DNA from: a virus
Taxonomy: Duplodnaviria > Caudoviricetes
Virus record (IMG/VR): IMGVR_UViG_3300010397_000011
Location: 1-57,985 of that record
Length of the DNA stretch: 57,985 nucleotides
Reading direction: 5' to 3' (one strand)
Shown here: positions 28,910-38,212 of the stretch, piece by piece
Layout of the letters: each line of letters starts with the position of its first letter
Position numbering within the stretch: the first letter of the stretch is position 1
Program-made: the position numbers and the translations under genes
Notes under the pieces: generated by a model
The model's database searches: none
The model's input: only the letters and a program-made list of their open reading frames with translations
Told to the model about the DNA's origin: nothing

Positions 28910-29220
28910 GCCGTCTCCGTCACGAGGCAGATCACGACCGTGCCCTGCTCGATCACCCGGCAGTCGTTCCCGATCCACGTCACCCCGTGGTACTCGTGCC
29001 GTTCCTCGCTCGCCGCACGAGCCGGTCGCAGCAACGCCACGGCTGCCAGCGCGATCAGCGCGAGCAGAGCGATAGCGACCAACAACGCGACAGTGGGTGA
29101 GGACGCCCTGGGGTTCGCGCCCTCACCCACGATGTCGTCGAACGAGCGGTGCGGTCCGTCGTGGGGCTCCGGTCTGAAGCACCACGACGGGCACTGCTCT
29201 GTGTCCTCGGTAGGTGTCAT
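28906..29220 (-). CDS. Hypothetical membrane protein
   Basis: CxxxC..HDGPH then a TM helix; leaderless -10 TACGGT. Confidence 0.55.
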   Translation of the reverse strand: MTPTEDTEQCPSWCFRPEPHDGPHRSFDDIVGEGANPRASSPTVALLVAIALLALIALAAVALLRPARAASEERHEYHGVTWIGNDCRVIEQGTVVICLVTETA

Positions 29221-29268
29221 GCCGCGCACCGTACTGCTGTAGGGCACTACGTGCGAGCCATCAAGACG

Positions 29269-29616
29269 TCAGTCCTCGACGGTCACGCGCCAGTCGCCAG
29301 GAGTCGACTCGACGACGTACGACGCGCCACCGGGGTCCATGTACATCACGTACTTGCCAGCAGCCCGGGCCTCGTCGATGCGGGCCAGCGCCTCGCCCTC
29401 GGTGTTGTAGCCGTACTGCGTCCCGACGAACTCCTTGGTCGGGCTGACTGCGTCGTCGACCCAGCGGGTGTGCGGGCTGAACTCGCGCGGGTAGGTCGCG
29501 GATGCTGACGCGGCAGCGGCGCGCTCGGCCTCTGCCTTCGCCTCTGCCGCGGCCTCCTCCTGCTGGTGCTTCGTGAACTCGGCGCCGCCCTCGACGGCCT
29601 TCTCCATGTCCGACAT
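29269..29616 (-). CDS. Hypothetical protein
   Basis: 115 aa with RBS AGGAGAGAC. Confidence 0.6.
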   Translation of the reverse strand: MSDMEKAVEGGAEFTKHQQEEAAAEAKAEAERAAAASASATYPREFSPHTRWVDDAVSPTKEFVGTQYGYNTEGEALARIDEARAAGKYVMYMDPGGASYVVESTPGDWRVTVED

Positions 29617-29623
29617 GTCTCTC

Positions 29624-29872
29624 CTATCCAGTGCAGCCGCAGCCGCGGTCGAAGATCAGGTACGTGCCGTGAGCCGTGTCAACGGCCCACCTCTGCTGGC
29701 TGATGTAGCGCACACCAGCAACGTTCTCCTCGAGCACCACGGTCTGTGCGGTGCGACCACGACCCTGCCGTGCGAGGAACGTCTGGCGCTTCGTCGTCAC
29801 GACCAGGTGCTGGTGCACCACGCCTTCAGGGTCGGTGACGTCTGCGTCGACGATGCTCAATGCTCGGGCCAC
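29624..29872 (-). CDS. Hypothetical protein ending GCGC
   Basis: 82 aa, leaderless -10 TAGCCT. Confidence 0.55.
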   Translation of the reverse strand: MARALSIVDADVTDPEGVVHQHLVVTTKRQTFLARQGRGRTAQTVVLEENVAGVRYISQQRWAVDTAHGTYLIFDRGCGCTG

Positions 29873-29881
29873 GACGTGAGG

Positions 29882-30217
29882 CTAGACCGCGCGGCACTTC
29901 ACTGTGAGGGTGACGTCCTCGGTGACGTCGAGCGTCAGCGTCTCGGGCCACCACGTGAGGGGCAGGCGGCGAAGCTGATCGAGCGCGTCCTCGACGATCG
30001 GCCGGTACCCGCCGCCGACCGCGTGCATGATGCGCGCTGCGACAACGACGAGCGCGACGTCCTCGGCTGACCAGCGGCGCGCGCTACCCGACCCGCGTGC
30101 GTCGACGGTGGGCTCGACGAGGTGGGTGCGCACGAGGTAGTCCAGGGTCCGGTAGGAGATCGACGCCTCACGTGCGACTTCGAGGGACGTCATCGTCTTA
30201 ACGGTGGTGCCGTTCAC
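29882..30217 (-). CDS. MerR-family HTH regulator
   Basis: EVAREASISYRTLDYLVR..LVEP...GSGSARRWS..DV; leaderless GTG 7 nt after TAGCGT. Confidence 0.85.
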   Translation of the reverse strand: MNGTTVKTMTSLEVAREASISYRTLDYLVRTHLVEPTVDARGSGSARRWSAEDVALVVVAARIMHAVGGGYRPIVEDALDQLRRLPLTWWPETLTLDVTEDVTLTVKCRAV

Positions 30218-30320
30218 CCCTGTAACGCTATCGCCGCGCACGCTGCCGCCTGCGGTTATGCCGACCGCGCGTCACATGAACTGTGCGTGGCGCGCGGGTG
30301 CCCGTAAGGTTCACGGCCCT

Positions 30321-30872
30321 ATGAACCGATGCGCCCTTGTGGCGTGCGTGTTCGTGGCGACCCTTGCGGGTCCGTCGAGCGGTGCCGCTGCTGAGGCAGT
30401 GGAACCGCCGAACGCGCGCGTCCACATCATCTTCGGTGAGTACGACGCATCACCGCCGAGCGAGGAGGCCCAGCCCGATCCACCACCTGATGTCACACCG
30501 GCGCCTGTACCCATCGCGCCGGTGGTCGATCCGTCAGTCGTGAACTACATCCTGCGCACGACACCGCCCGACGAACTGATCCGCTACTACTTCCGTGACA
30601 CGCCCGTCGTCGACAGGATGCTGGCGATCGCGCGGCGTGAGAGCGGGCTCGGCAAGCGAGGGACCGCGGTGCCGTTCGACCCTGCGTGCAGCGCGGACAA
30701 CCCGCACTCCTCAGCGGCCGGTCTGTTCCAGACGTTGAGCGGCTGGTCGGGCCTCGCCTCGACGCTCGACCCGCCCGTCACCTGGGCCGAGGTCGCAGGC
30801 CCTGACTGCCTGGGCGACGTGCGCCTTGCACGAGCGATCTACGCGAGGTCAGGGCTCGCCCCTTGGCAGTAG
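30321..30872 (+). CDS. Secreted lytic transglycosylase (SLT/Rpf-like fold)
   Basis: Signal peptide, Pro-rich linker, IARRESG, SSAAGLFQ and GLAPW motifs. Confidence 0.8.
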   Translation: MNRCALVACVFVATLAGPSSGAAAEAVEPPNARVHIIFGEYDASPPSEEAQPDPPPDVTPAPVPIAPVVDPSVVNYILRTTPPDELIRYYFRDTPVVDRMLAIARRESGLGKRGTAVPFDPACSADNPHSSAAGLFQTLSGWSGLASTLDPPVTWAEVAGPDCLGDVRLARAIYARSGLAPWQ

Positions 30873-32508
30873 ACGTTGCCTTACGCGGCAGCGCGGCCTT
30901 CGGTGCTGACACCGTGGCCGCGCTGTTGCTGAGGCGCTTCAACGCCTGACTGCACGCGTCGATCCAGTCGTCGTGCGATCCGTTCGGGAACGCCGACGCC
31001 TGGTCGAGGAAGTGGGGCACCCACGCTCGGCGCCCATCGAGGTGGACGTCGCCCGCCTCGATGCGGCCCGAGTACGCGCGCATCCGCACGGGCTTCGAGC
31101 CCTTCGGTGTTTCCTTCAGCAGTCCCGACATGCCGCGGCGCATCTGCTTCTCGACGGCGGCGCGTTCGTCGACTGCCACGCCGACACGCGCGGCCATCTC
31201 GTCGGAGCACGTCCAGCCGGGCTGTGGCCGGCGCAGTTCGGTGTAGACCTCGGGGCCGTAGCCCGCGTTCTCGATGACGTGCTTCTCGACCCACGGGTAG
31301 CGCACCTTCATCAGACACATCGCGACGCGGGTCTCGACCTGATTCCACTGCCCGCTGATCGCGTCGAGGAACCAGAACTGCGAGCCGACACGCGTCCACA
31401 GTTCGCCGACGCACCAGTCGCCGGCCTCCTTCTCTTTCAACTTCATGTCCCACGACGTGAGCGCGTCGTCGAACCGTTCGGGCACGACGTCGTCGACGCG
31501 CCACCACGCGCGCTTCAACTCGGTGCCCTCCTCGGGTGCGGGCTTCTGCTGCTCCATCGCTGACGCGAGGTACGAGCCCATCTCCCGATGCGCGTCGAGG
31601 ACGATGTGTTTCGGGAACCGCTCCTCCTCGATGACGTCACCGAGCGCGCGGCCGAGCGGGTCGTTCGCCTCGGCCAGCGCGGGGATGCGCACGACGTCCC
31701 ACGCCATGCCCGTCTCGTCCTCGGACTGCTTGACGAGGCGGCCGGTGAGGTCGTCCTCGTGCCAGCGGGTGTGCACGACGATGATCCACGCGTCGGGGTC
31801 GTCGAGGCGACGGCGCAGCACCGAGCGGTACTGGTTCCACACGTGGTCACGGCCGTGCGCCGAGTGCGCGTCTTGCCAGCCCTTGAACGGGTCGTCGATG
31901 AGGAGCCCGCCGCCGTGCCCGCAGCCGAACCCGGTGATCGCGGAGTTGATGCCAGCGGCGAGGAGCCCGCCGCCCTGCTGCGTGACGAAGCGGTCCATCT
32001 TCTGCCGGTCCACTCGGAGCTGCGTGCGCAGTTCGTCGCGGTGCTCACGCAGACGGTCACGCACGAAGATCGCGTCCTCGTTCGCGAGGTCGTCGCCGTA
32101 CGACGCGATGATGATGCGGGCCTCGGGTCGACGGTCGAACACCCACACGAGACCCCAGCCGCCGAACAGCAGGCTCTTGCCGAAGCGGGCGGGCATGTTG
32201 ACGATCAGCCGCGCGCCTTTGCCCTCGACGGCCTCTCGCAGTTTCGCTGAGAGGTAGCGGACGTACGGCCAGAGTTTGTACTCGCCCTTCGTGAGGTGAT
32301 GGGCCATGAGCGCGGGGTCGGACCGCCAGCCGACCGAGTACGCGTCGGCCATGACACCCTCGACGGTCTGCGCATCCTGCCGAGCCAACTGCGCGGACCA
32401 GCCTTCGAGGATGTCGACGCGGTCCTTCAGCGCGAGTGCGAGTTGTGCGAGGTCGGCTGGCCCGTCGTCGAGCGCGGGCGGGACGATCAGCCGGGGTCGG
32501 CGCGCCAC
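30778..32508 (-). CDS. terL: Terminase large subunit
   Basis: Walker A MPARFGKS, Walker B LLIDDP, TRWHEDD, nuclease SWD...FPNGSHDDWID; start approximate. Confidence 0.93.
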   Translation of the reverse strand: MARRPRLIVPPALDDGPADLAQLALALKDRVDILEGWSAQLARQDAQTVEGVMADAYSVGWRSDPALMAHHLTKGEYKLWPYVRYLSAKLREAVEGKGARLIVNMPARFGKSLLFGGWGLVWVFDRRPEARIIIASYGDDLANEDAIFVRDRLREHRDELRTQLRVDRQKMDRFVTQQGGGLLAAGINSAITGFGCGHGGGLLIDDPFKGWQDAHSAHGRDHVWNQYRSVLRRRLDDPDAWIIVVHTRWHEDDLTGRLVKQSEDETGMAWDVVRIPALAEANDPLGRALGDVIEEERFPKHIVLDAHREMGSYLASAMEQQKPAPEEGTELKRAWWRVDDVVPERFDDALTSWDMKLKEKEAGDWCVGELWTRVGSQFWFLDAISGQWNQVETRVAMCLMKVRYPWVEKHVIENAGYGPEVYTELRRPQPGWTCSDEMAARVGVAVDERAAVEKQMRRGMSGLLKETPKGSKPVRMRAYSGRIEAGDVHLDGRRAWVPHFLDQASAFPNGSHDDWIDACSQALKRLSNSAATVSAPKAALPRKATSTAKGRALTSRRSLVQGARRPGSQGLRPRPR

Positions 32509-32888
32509 TGCCACACGGTCCGCCGCGTGATGAGGACTTCGTCGCCCGCGTCGAGGAGTTCGACGTCGAGCCGCCACTGGCCGGCGCCCGCGCCACGGGC
32601 GACGCGTCGCACGACGGACAGCGACCCGAGCGCGACGAGGTCTCCGACCTGCGGGCAGGGGCCGTCCCACTCCGTCGACCGCAGGGTCCGGCGCTCGGGC
32701 TGGGCCGGGTCTTCCCACTGGGCTGGCTGGGCAGGGGCCAGGGCGCCGCCTGGGGCTCCGTACGCTCCCGCCCCTCCAACCCCTACCGGGCCGGGGTTCG
32801 GGGGCCCTGGGGCCACCTGGGCGGCTCCCTGGGCGGCCTCGGGCTGAGGCTCCTCGGGTGGCCTGCGGAGCCAGCCGCCGCCCGTCAC
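32487..32888 (-). CDS. Pro/Gly-rich hypothetical protein
   Basis: Coupled ORF between terS and terL; 5' half lies in a phased-repeat island. Confidence 0.5.
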   Translation of the reverse strand: MTGGGWLRRPPEEPQPEAAQGAAQVAPGPPNPGPVGVGGAGAYGAPGGALAPAQPAQWEDPAQPERRTLRSTEWDGPCPQVGDLVALGSLSVVRRVARGAGAGQWRLDVELLDAGDEVLITRRTVWQWRADPG

Positions 32889-33097
32889 CGGAGCCCCCTG
32901 CGGAGCGAGCGGCGACTGGTCACCACAGTCGCGACCGACGGACGCGCGTGCGCGGGCTCGGGCTCCTCGCCCGGCTCGTCGAACGTCGCGTGCCAGTCAG
33001 CGATGATGTGCGAGGCGGCCTGCGCGTAGGACACCTCGTGGTCCGCGGCGAACTGCTTGACGATCACCTCGGCCTCGTCGTCGAGGCGGCACTGCAT
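32885..33097 (-). CDS. Small ribbon-helix-helix-like protein
   Basis: MQCRLDDEAEVIVKQFAADHEVSYAQAASHII. Confidence 0.45.
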   Translation of the reverse strand: MQCRLDDEAEVIVKQFAADHEVSYAQAASHIIADWHATFDEPGEEPEPAHARPSVATVVTSRRSLRRGLR

Positions 33098-33222
33098 CAC
33101 TGCTCGTCGTCCGTCCACGGCACGCGGGTCGGCTTGCCATGCGGGCCGTCGTGTCCCTCGTCGAGCCCGCATCGGTACGCGTGCTTCACCACCGGCAGCC
33201 GGATCACGTGCGCGCACCTCAT
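33097..33222 (-). CDS. 41-aa Zn-binding peptide (not in ORF track)
   Basis: MRCAH...RCGLDEGHDGPH; ATG overlaps the terS stop. Confidence 0.45.
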   Translation of the reverse strand: MRCAHVIRLPVVKHAYRCGLDEGHDGPHGKPTRVPWTDDEQ

Positions 33223-33872
33223 CGGTGGCCGTTGCCGTTCGTCTTCGCCTTCCGGTCCTGCGCGTCCTCCGCGTCAGCGATCCCTTGCATGTACGCGCGC
33301 AGCGAGTCGGCCAGGTCGCGTGCCCGCTCCTCGGCAGACACACCAGCCGAGTCGGACGTCTCCAACTCGTAGCGCCTGCGGTACTTCTCGGGGAAGCGCC
33401 GCTCGAGGAACCACGCAGCTGCCGTCCACTGCGGAGCCAGCGTCTCGGTCCGCTCGATCTCCTCGACGACGACCATGCGCGGCCGGTTCGGGTCCGACGT
33501 GTCGAGCCTGCGCTTGACCAACCGCTTCGTCACGACCGCGCCGCCCTCGCCAGCACGGGTCACGACGAACAGACGCGACGCCTCGACCTCGGCCTCGGCT
33601 GTTTCAAGTGCGTCAAGAAAATCTGCGTACCGCTGTTCGCGTTCGTCGAGGTCGTGGCCGTTGGCTTGCTTGGCGCGTGCGTTGCCGCCTGCTCGTCGCC
33701 AGTTCCAGAGTGTTTGGCGGGTGATGTCTGCGCCGGCGGTGGCGTCGTCGAAGTCGGCGCCGAGTCTGATGCGGTCGAGGATGTGGTCGGCGGCTGTGAC
33801 GGGTGTGCCGTCCTTGCGGGTGCGGATGACGCGGTCGAGGGTGGGGGGTACTCCGCGGCGGCCGTCGGGCAT
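33219..33872 (-). CDS. terS: Terminase small subunit
   Basis: HTH ITRQTLWNWRR, YADFLDALETAEA and WTAAAWFLERRFP motifs; upstream of terL. Confidence 0.78.
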   Translation of the reverse strand: MPDGRRGVPPTLDRVIRTRKDGTPVTAADHILDRIRLGADFDDATAGADITRQTLWNWRRAGGNARAKQANGHDLDEREQRYADFLDALETAEAEVEASRLFVVTRAGEGGAVVTKRLVKRRLDTSDPNRPRMVVVEEIERTETLAPQWTAAAWFLERRFPEKYRRRYELETSDSAGVSAEERARDLADSLRAYMQGIADAEDAQDRKAKTNGNGHR

Positions 33873-34121
33873 GGAGGGGGAGCGTAGTCAGGGGTGCGGG
33901 GTGGGGGTGATACGGGGTGGGGCCTGGGTGCTCTGTGGGGGCCGGTGGCGTCAGGGGTGGCCGGGGGTGGGTCGGGTGGAGTGGGGGCCCCTGGGCGGCT
34001 CCTGGGCCTGTCCTGGGACGCGAGGACGCCCGGCCCCTGGGGGCCCTCGGGGGTGAGGGGCCAGGGGCCGGGCGCGTGGGGCGCTGGCTGGGCTAGGTGA
34101 GAGTGAGCGTGGCGTCTCGGT

Positions 34122-34565
34122 TCAGTCGAGTGGGGTGCGCAGGTACTCGGACACTTTCGCGGGTGACAGGCCGGTCGCCTTGATGATGAGGCGGGGTGTC
34201 TTCCCTTCGGCGTGGAGTGTGTGGACTCGGGCGTGGTCGCGTCGTTGGGAGGCGAGGGTCATCGCGTACTCCGAGGGGCGCATCCCCGCGCCGGGCCTGC
34301 CTTGCGGGATGACGTCCATGTCGATGACGTCGGCGGGTCGGGGTTCGGGTTCGGTGACACCGGCGAGGAGTTGCGCGAGACGGTAGGCCGAGTCGCGGGC
34401 CTCCTCACGGGTGGTGTGCTGGTCGGGCAGGTGGTGCATCGCGCCGTCGACGGTATGCACTCGCACCTGCCAGCCTCCCGCGACCTGCACGGGAAGGAGG
34501 GCGGTGATGTGGCGCGCGGAGACGTAGCCGTTGCGCACCTCCACCCAGTCTTTGAGCGTGGTCAT
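34122..34565 (-). CDS. Hypothetical protein with C-terminal HTH
   Basis: LHAEGKTPRLIIKATGLSPAKVSEYL. Confidence 0.6.
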   Translation of the reverse strand: MTTLKDWVEVRNGYVSARHITALLPVQVAGGWQVRVHTVDGAMHHLPDQHTTREEARDSAYRLAQLLAGVTEPEPRPADVIDMDVIPQGRPGAGMRPSEYAMTLASQRRDHARVHTLHAEGKTPRLIIKATGLSPAKVSEYLRTPLD

Positions 34566-34786
34566 TGTCGTGTCCCTTCGAGTCGGGCCAGAGCCCTGAG
34601 GGCCTGGTCGTGTGTGTTGTCGGTTGCGAGGTGCAGGAGTGACGGCTCCCACACGACCCGGTGCTCGGGGTGCCAGCCGGGCACGGTGGCGATCACTCGC
34701 CACATCCCGTCGTGGTCGCCGCGCACGACGCAGAGCTCCGTCACGAGGTGAGCGGGGATGGGCTCGGTGGTGCGGTAGTCCATCAT
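34562..34786 (-). CDS. Hypothetical early protein
   Basis: ATGA-coupled at both ends. Confidence 0.5.
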   Translation of the reverse strand: MMDYRTTEPIPAHLVTELCVVRGDHDGMWRVIATVPGWHPEHRVVWEPSLLHLATDNTHDQALRALARLEGTRQ

Positions 34787-35040
34787 CGCTCGGCCTCCTC
34801 GTCGTAGCGGGCCTCGGCCGTGATGCCGTGGACCATCTGTCGGGCGAACGTCTGTGCCGTGAGGAGGTCGTCGATCGCGAGGCCGAGGTACGTGTCGACC
34901 GCGGCCCACGACGACGCGTTCATCGGCTGGGCGCGTCGGCGGTTGAGTGTCGTGGTCGCGCGGCGCAGGGAGGCCGAGGCTCCCTGCATCCGCTCGATCG
35001 TCTGGACGTGGGCTCGGTGGGTTGTGAGTTCGTCAGGCAT
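34783..35040 (-). CDS. Hypothetical early protein
   Basis: GAGAGAGACCATGCC start motif. Confidence 0.6.
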   Translation of the reverse strand: MPDELTTHRAHVQTIERMQGASASLRRATTTLNRRRAQPMNASSWAAVDTYLGLAIDDLLTAQTFARQMVHGITAEARYDEEAER

Positions 35041-35377
35041 GGTCTCTCTCTTCCTTCTCGGTGACGATGTCCATGAGGGCATCGAGGATGTCGTGGGGGT
35101 CGACGTCGTGGGGCCAGCCCTGCCGTTCGAGCGGGGTCGGTCCGTGCGTCGACAGTTCGGGGTCTTGCTCCCAGTCGTAGGGGGCTGGGGTCGGGGTGAC
35201 GATGCGGAGGTGGGATCGCGGGAAGGTGGTCGTCGCGTTCCGCTCCATCAACGCGAGCGGCGTGGGCCGGTGGGCCTCGCACGAGTACCACACCTTCGGT
35301 CCCGTGTTCGGCGCGTCGGCCTGCTCGATGTGGACTGCGGGCTCGTCGCAGCCGGGGTAGTCACAGAGGCGAGTCAT
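35033..35377 (-). CDS. Hypothetical protein (CDYPGC...C..H zinc finger)
   Basis: Zn-ligand pattern; translationally coupled. Confidence 0.55.
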   Translation of the reverse strand: MTRLCDYPGCDEPAVHIEQADAPNTGPKVWYSCEAHRPTPLALMERNATTTFPRSHLRIVTPTPAPYDWEQDPELSTHGPTPLERQGWPHDVDPHDILDALMDIVTEKEERDHA

Positions 35378-35526
35378 CGTCCGCCCTCCCACACGAGGGC
35401 GCAGTCAGCGCACGGGCACGTCACGTGGAACGGGTGGACCGGCGGCAGTAGTCGCGGCCGGACCGAGTTGTCGAAGCGGACTTCGACGCCGCGCTCGAGG
35501 GCGGAGAGAAGGTCGGTGAGTGTCAT
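35374..35526 (-). CDS. Small hypothetical protein (not in ORF track)
   Basis: RBS GAAAGGGA; H...CPCADC motif. Confidence 0.45.
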   Translation of the reverse strand: MTLTDLLSALERGVEVRFDNSVRPRLLPPVHPFHVTCPCADCALVWEGGR

Positions 35527-35540
35527 GGTCGTGGTCCCTT

Positions 35541-35849
35541 TCAGATCGGGTTCCCGGCTGAGCCGGTGAGGTCATGGACGAACACGAGGTCGCGGTCGCA
35601 GACCTCGTGGCACTCGGCAACGTGGACGGTCATGCCCGTGGTGTTGCGCACACGGTCGGCCCACTGCTCCGCGGCCCGCCTGCCCATGTGAGCGGCGGCC
35701 CTCGGGTTCGCGGTCCACGCGAAGTCACCGACGGACGGGTAGTGCTTGACGAGGTACCGCTCGGGCCACACGCGCCGTTGCAACGTGTAGGCGGGGTACT
35801 GGACGACTTCGTCGAGGACGACGATGTAGGGGTTCTTCGGCTTGGTCAC
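35541..35849 (-). CDS. Hypothetical early protein
   Basis: GTGA-coupled ORF. Confidence 0.55.
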   Translation of the reverse strand: MTKPKNPYIVVLDEVVQYPAYTLQRRVWPERYLVKHYPSVGDFAWTANPRAAAHMGRRAAEQWADRVRNTTGMTVHVAECHEVCDRDLVFVHDLTGSAGNPI

Positions 35850-36196
35850 GACTGCACCTCCTCGTCTGCGAGCAACGGGTTCGGCACCCACTCGCCGTCG
35901 ATCTTCACCTCGGGTTCCAGCACGACCGGCCTGGCCGCGTGCTGCTCGTCGAACTGCGCGGCGCGGGCGCCGTCACCCTTCGATGTCAGGCGCGTCTTGC
36001 GGGTGCGCACCGGCTTGACGTGCTCGACGGTCATCGTCGCGTCGACGACTTCGTACTCCCCCTCGTCGACGGTGATCGCGTCGAGGTTGTCGATGTCGAT
36101 CGCGTTCTCGATCTGTTCCGCGATCGCGTCGTTGCTCGCGAACTTGCCGGAGGTGAACTGCACCTCGATGTCGATGGTCACTGTGAACCTGGGCAT
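35846..36196 (-). CDS. Hypothetical early protein
   Basis: 116 aa acidic protein with RBS AGGAGA. Confidence 0.6.
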   Translation of the reverse strand: MPRFTVTIDIEVQFTSGKFASNDAIAEQIENAIDIDNLDAITVDEGEYEVVDATMTVEHVKPVRTRKTRLTSKGDGARAAQFDEQHAARPVVLEPEVKIDGEWVPNPLLADEEVQS

Positions 36197-36197
36197 C

Positions 36198-36365
36198 TCA
36201 TTCTCCTGTCTCTGTCGTGATCGTGTTCTCGGTGAGGATGCGGTCGCACGCGTCGAGGAAGACGTCGGCAGCTACGACCAGCGGGTGAGGTGGACGGGTG
36301 GACTTCACCAGCGGCTCGACCCGTTCGGTCGCGCGCGCGGTCGGGGTGATGGTCGGTGATGGCAT
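36198..36365 (-). CDS. 55-aa hypothetical protein (not in ORF track)
   Basis: GAGAGAGACCATGCC start motif directly after RNA-motif copy A. Confidence 0.55.
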   Translation of the reverse strand: MPSPTITPTARATERVEPLVKSTRPPHPLVVAADVFLDACDRILTENTITTETGE

Positions 36366-36382
36366 GGTCTCTCTCTCTTTCC

Positions 36383-36443
36383 AGAGCCTGAGGGCTCCGT
36401 GCGGGGCACCGATCCCGAGGAGGGACCGATGCCCCGAGGCGCA
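36383..36443 (-). ncRNA. Repeated intergenic two-hairpin RNA motif, copy A
   Basis: UGCGCCU-CGGGGCAUCG..CGGUGCCCCG-CAC-GGAGC-N6-GCUCU. Confidence 0.7.
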
Positions 36444-36494
36444 ACCTTCAGGGGCGCCCAGGGGTGCCGCTAGGGCGCCGCTGGGGGGGCCGAA

Positions 36495-37451
36495 CTACAG
36501 CCCACGGACAAGGGCCACTGCCTTCGCCTTCAGGGGCTCAGGGCGCAGCAGGGTCCGACCGAGGTAGGTGTCGGAGTTCCGGTAGCCACGGGCGTGGTCG
36601 AGGTACTCGACGGCCGCGTCCACGAGGCCGAGCCCCGTGCCGCGGTGCCCGTCCGTCGTCAGGCTGTCCATGTAGATGTGGCGGAAGATCGAGCGGGCCT
36701 CCTCGATGTTGTCGCGGACCCGATCCGAGAACGTGCCCTCAGGCGGGGCGGGGATGAAGTCGCTGACGAAGTGGTTGAACTTCACCTCGTCGATCTTCAT
36801 CCCGAACAACTCGGTGGCCAACTCCTGCCACGCCTTGAACTCGTCGCGCACACCGGCCATCGCCGCCTTCGCCTCGTCGATCCGACCGAGGACGTCGCCG
36901 GTGTGGCGGAACACGAACTGGCGGCCCGTGCGGTCGCCCTCCATGCTGGCGGCCTGGTAGGTGTTCCAGCAGACGACGCGCACTGAGGTCGGGAGGACCT
37001 TGCACGCGCCCTCGCCGTTGTGGGAGTTGAGGAACGCGATGAACGGGTAGGTCTCGGTGTCGTCACCGCAGATGACTTCGGGCTCGTCGAGGTAGGCGAC
37101 GGCCCACACCTGCGCTCCACCCTTGCATGAGCCGGCGGTCTCGAACTTCGCGCCGAGGCCGAGGATGACCTCGATCACTTCGCCCATCACTCGGTTGGGC
37201 ACGAGGCCGAACGTGTCGGACACGGGGCCGAGGGGTGCTTGCGTGTCGTCACGCACGACGACCTGATGGTCGGTGAGGGCGACGAAGTCGTCGCCGATCT
37301 TGTGGTACAGGGGCCGGAGTTCCGGCTCCCACGTCAGGCCAGCCTTGACCCTGGCGTCTTCCCAGTCGGTCGGGTAGTCGTCGAGCACGAGCCCTTCGCC
37401 GTGCCACATCGGCTGACGAACGCTGAATCCGGTGTCGAAGTATGCGGGCAT
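36495..37451 (-). CDS. DUF932 (phage/plasmid TIGR03299-like) protein
   Basis: MWHGEG, AGLTW, FETAGS..GG..VW, NSHNG, TSVRVVCWNT and FRHT motifs. Confidence 0.88.
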   Translation of the reverse strand: MPAYFDTGFSVRQPMWHGEGLVLDDYPTDWEDARVKAGLTWEPELRPLYHKIGDDFVALTDHQVVVRDDTQAPLGPVSDTFGLVPNRVMGEVIEVILGLGAKFETAGSCKGGAQVWAVAYLDEPEVICGDDTETYPFIAFLNSHNGEGACKVLPTSVRVVCWNTYQAASMEGDRTGRQFVFRHTGDVLGRIDEAKAAMAGVRDEFKAWQELATELFGMKIDEVKFNHFVSDFIPAPPEGTFSDRVRDNIEEARSIFRHIYMDSLTTDGHRGTGLGLVDAAVEYLDHARGYRNSDTYLGRTLLRPEPLKAKAVALVRGL

Positions 37452-37470
37452 GGTCTCTCTCCTTTTCGGT

Positions 37471-37527
37471 GGAGCCTGATTGCTCCGTGCGTGGCACCGA
37501 CCGATCAGGCCGGTGCCACGAGGCGCA
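37471..37527 (-). ncRNA. Repeated intergenic two-hairpin RNA motif, copy B
   Basis: UGCGCCU-CGUGGCACCG..CGGUGCCACG-CAC-GGAGC-N6-GCUCC. Confidence 0.7.
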
Positions 37528-37531
37528 ACAA

Positions 37532-38116
37532 TCACGCGGTCTTCTTCGCTGCTCCCTTCTTCGGAATCGGGGTGACCTCGCGCTTGCTGGCCGGGGTCTT
37601 CTTCGCCGCGGCCTTCGCCGGGGTCTTCTTCGCCGTCTGCTTCGCGGCGGGCTTGCGGGTGACCTTCTTGACCGGCTCGGCCTCGGTGGTCTCGGCGCTG
37701 GTCGCCTCGTCGGTGGAGGGCTCCTCAACCTTCTGACCCTTCACCGTCGCGATCCCGTGGGCCGCGTTGATCGCGTCCAGGTTCGGGGTGTCGGGCAGGG
37801 GCTCGCCGTTCGCCTTCGCGGTCTTCAGTGCGCGGGCCTCGGCCATCGCGAGGTTGAGCACCTCGACCGGCGCGACCTTCCGTGCCTTCTTGCCACCGCT
37901 GCTCTTGCGGCCCTCGCCGCGGGGTGCGGGCTCGGGCAGATCGATCGGGGTCCACTTCTTCCCGTCGCGGACGAACATCTCCCGCATCGGCTTCTGGACC
38001 TTCTTGCCGGTTGCCTCACGGCACTCGTAGCAGTGGGGGGTCCGACTGGCCGGAGGCTGGTCGGCCTCGACCTCACGGGAGTGTCCGCACGTCATGGTGA
38101 ATCGGTAGGTGGGCAT
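37532..38116 (-). CDS. Zn-ribbon protein with histone-H1-like Lys/Ala tail
   Basis: CGH...CYEC; KKTPAKAAAKKTPA tail. Confidence 0.65.
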   Translation of the reverse strand: MPTYRFTMTCGHSREVEADQPPASRTPHCYECREATGKKVQKPMREMFVRDGKKWTPIDLPEPAPRGEGRKSSGGKKARKVAPVEVLNLAMAEARALKTAKANGEPLPDTPNLDAINAAHGIATVKGQKVEEPSTDEATSAETTEAEPVKKVTRKPAAKQTAKKTPAKAAAKKTPASKREVTPIPKKGAAKKTA

Positions 38117-38152
38117 GGTCTCTCTCTTTCGTAAGCCGTCACTGTGACGGTC

Positions 38153-38208
38153 GGAGCCTGAGTGCTCCGTGCGTGGCGCGGACCCGAGGGCCCGTGCCAC
38201 GAGGCGCA
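38153..38208 (-). ncRNA. Repeated intergenic two-hairpin RNA motif, copy C
   Basis: UGCGCCU-CGUGGCACGG..CCGCGCCACG-CAC-GGAGC-N6-GCUCC. Confidence 0.7.
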
Positions 38209-38212
38209 CCAC

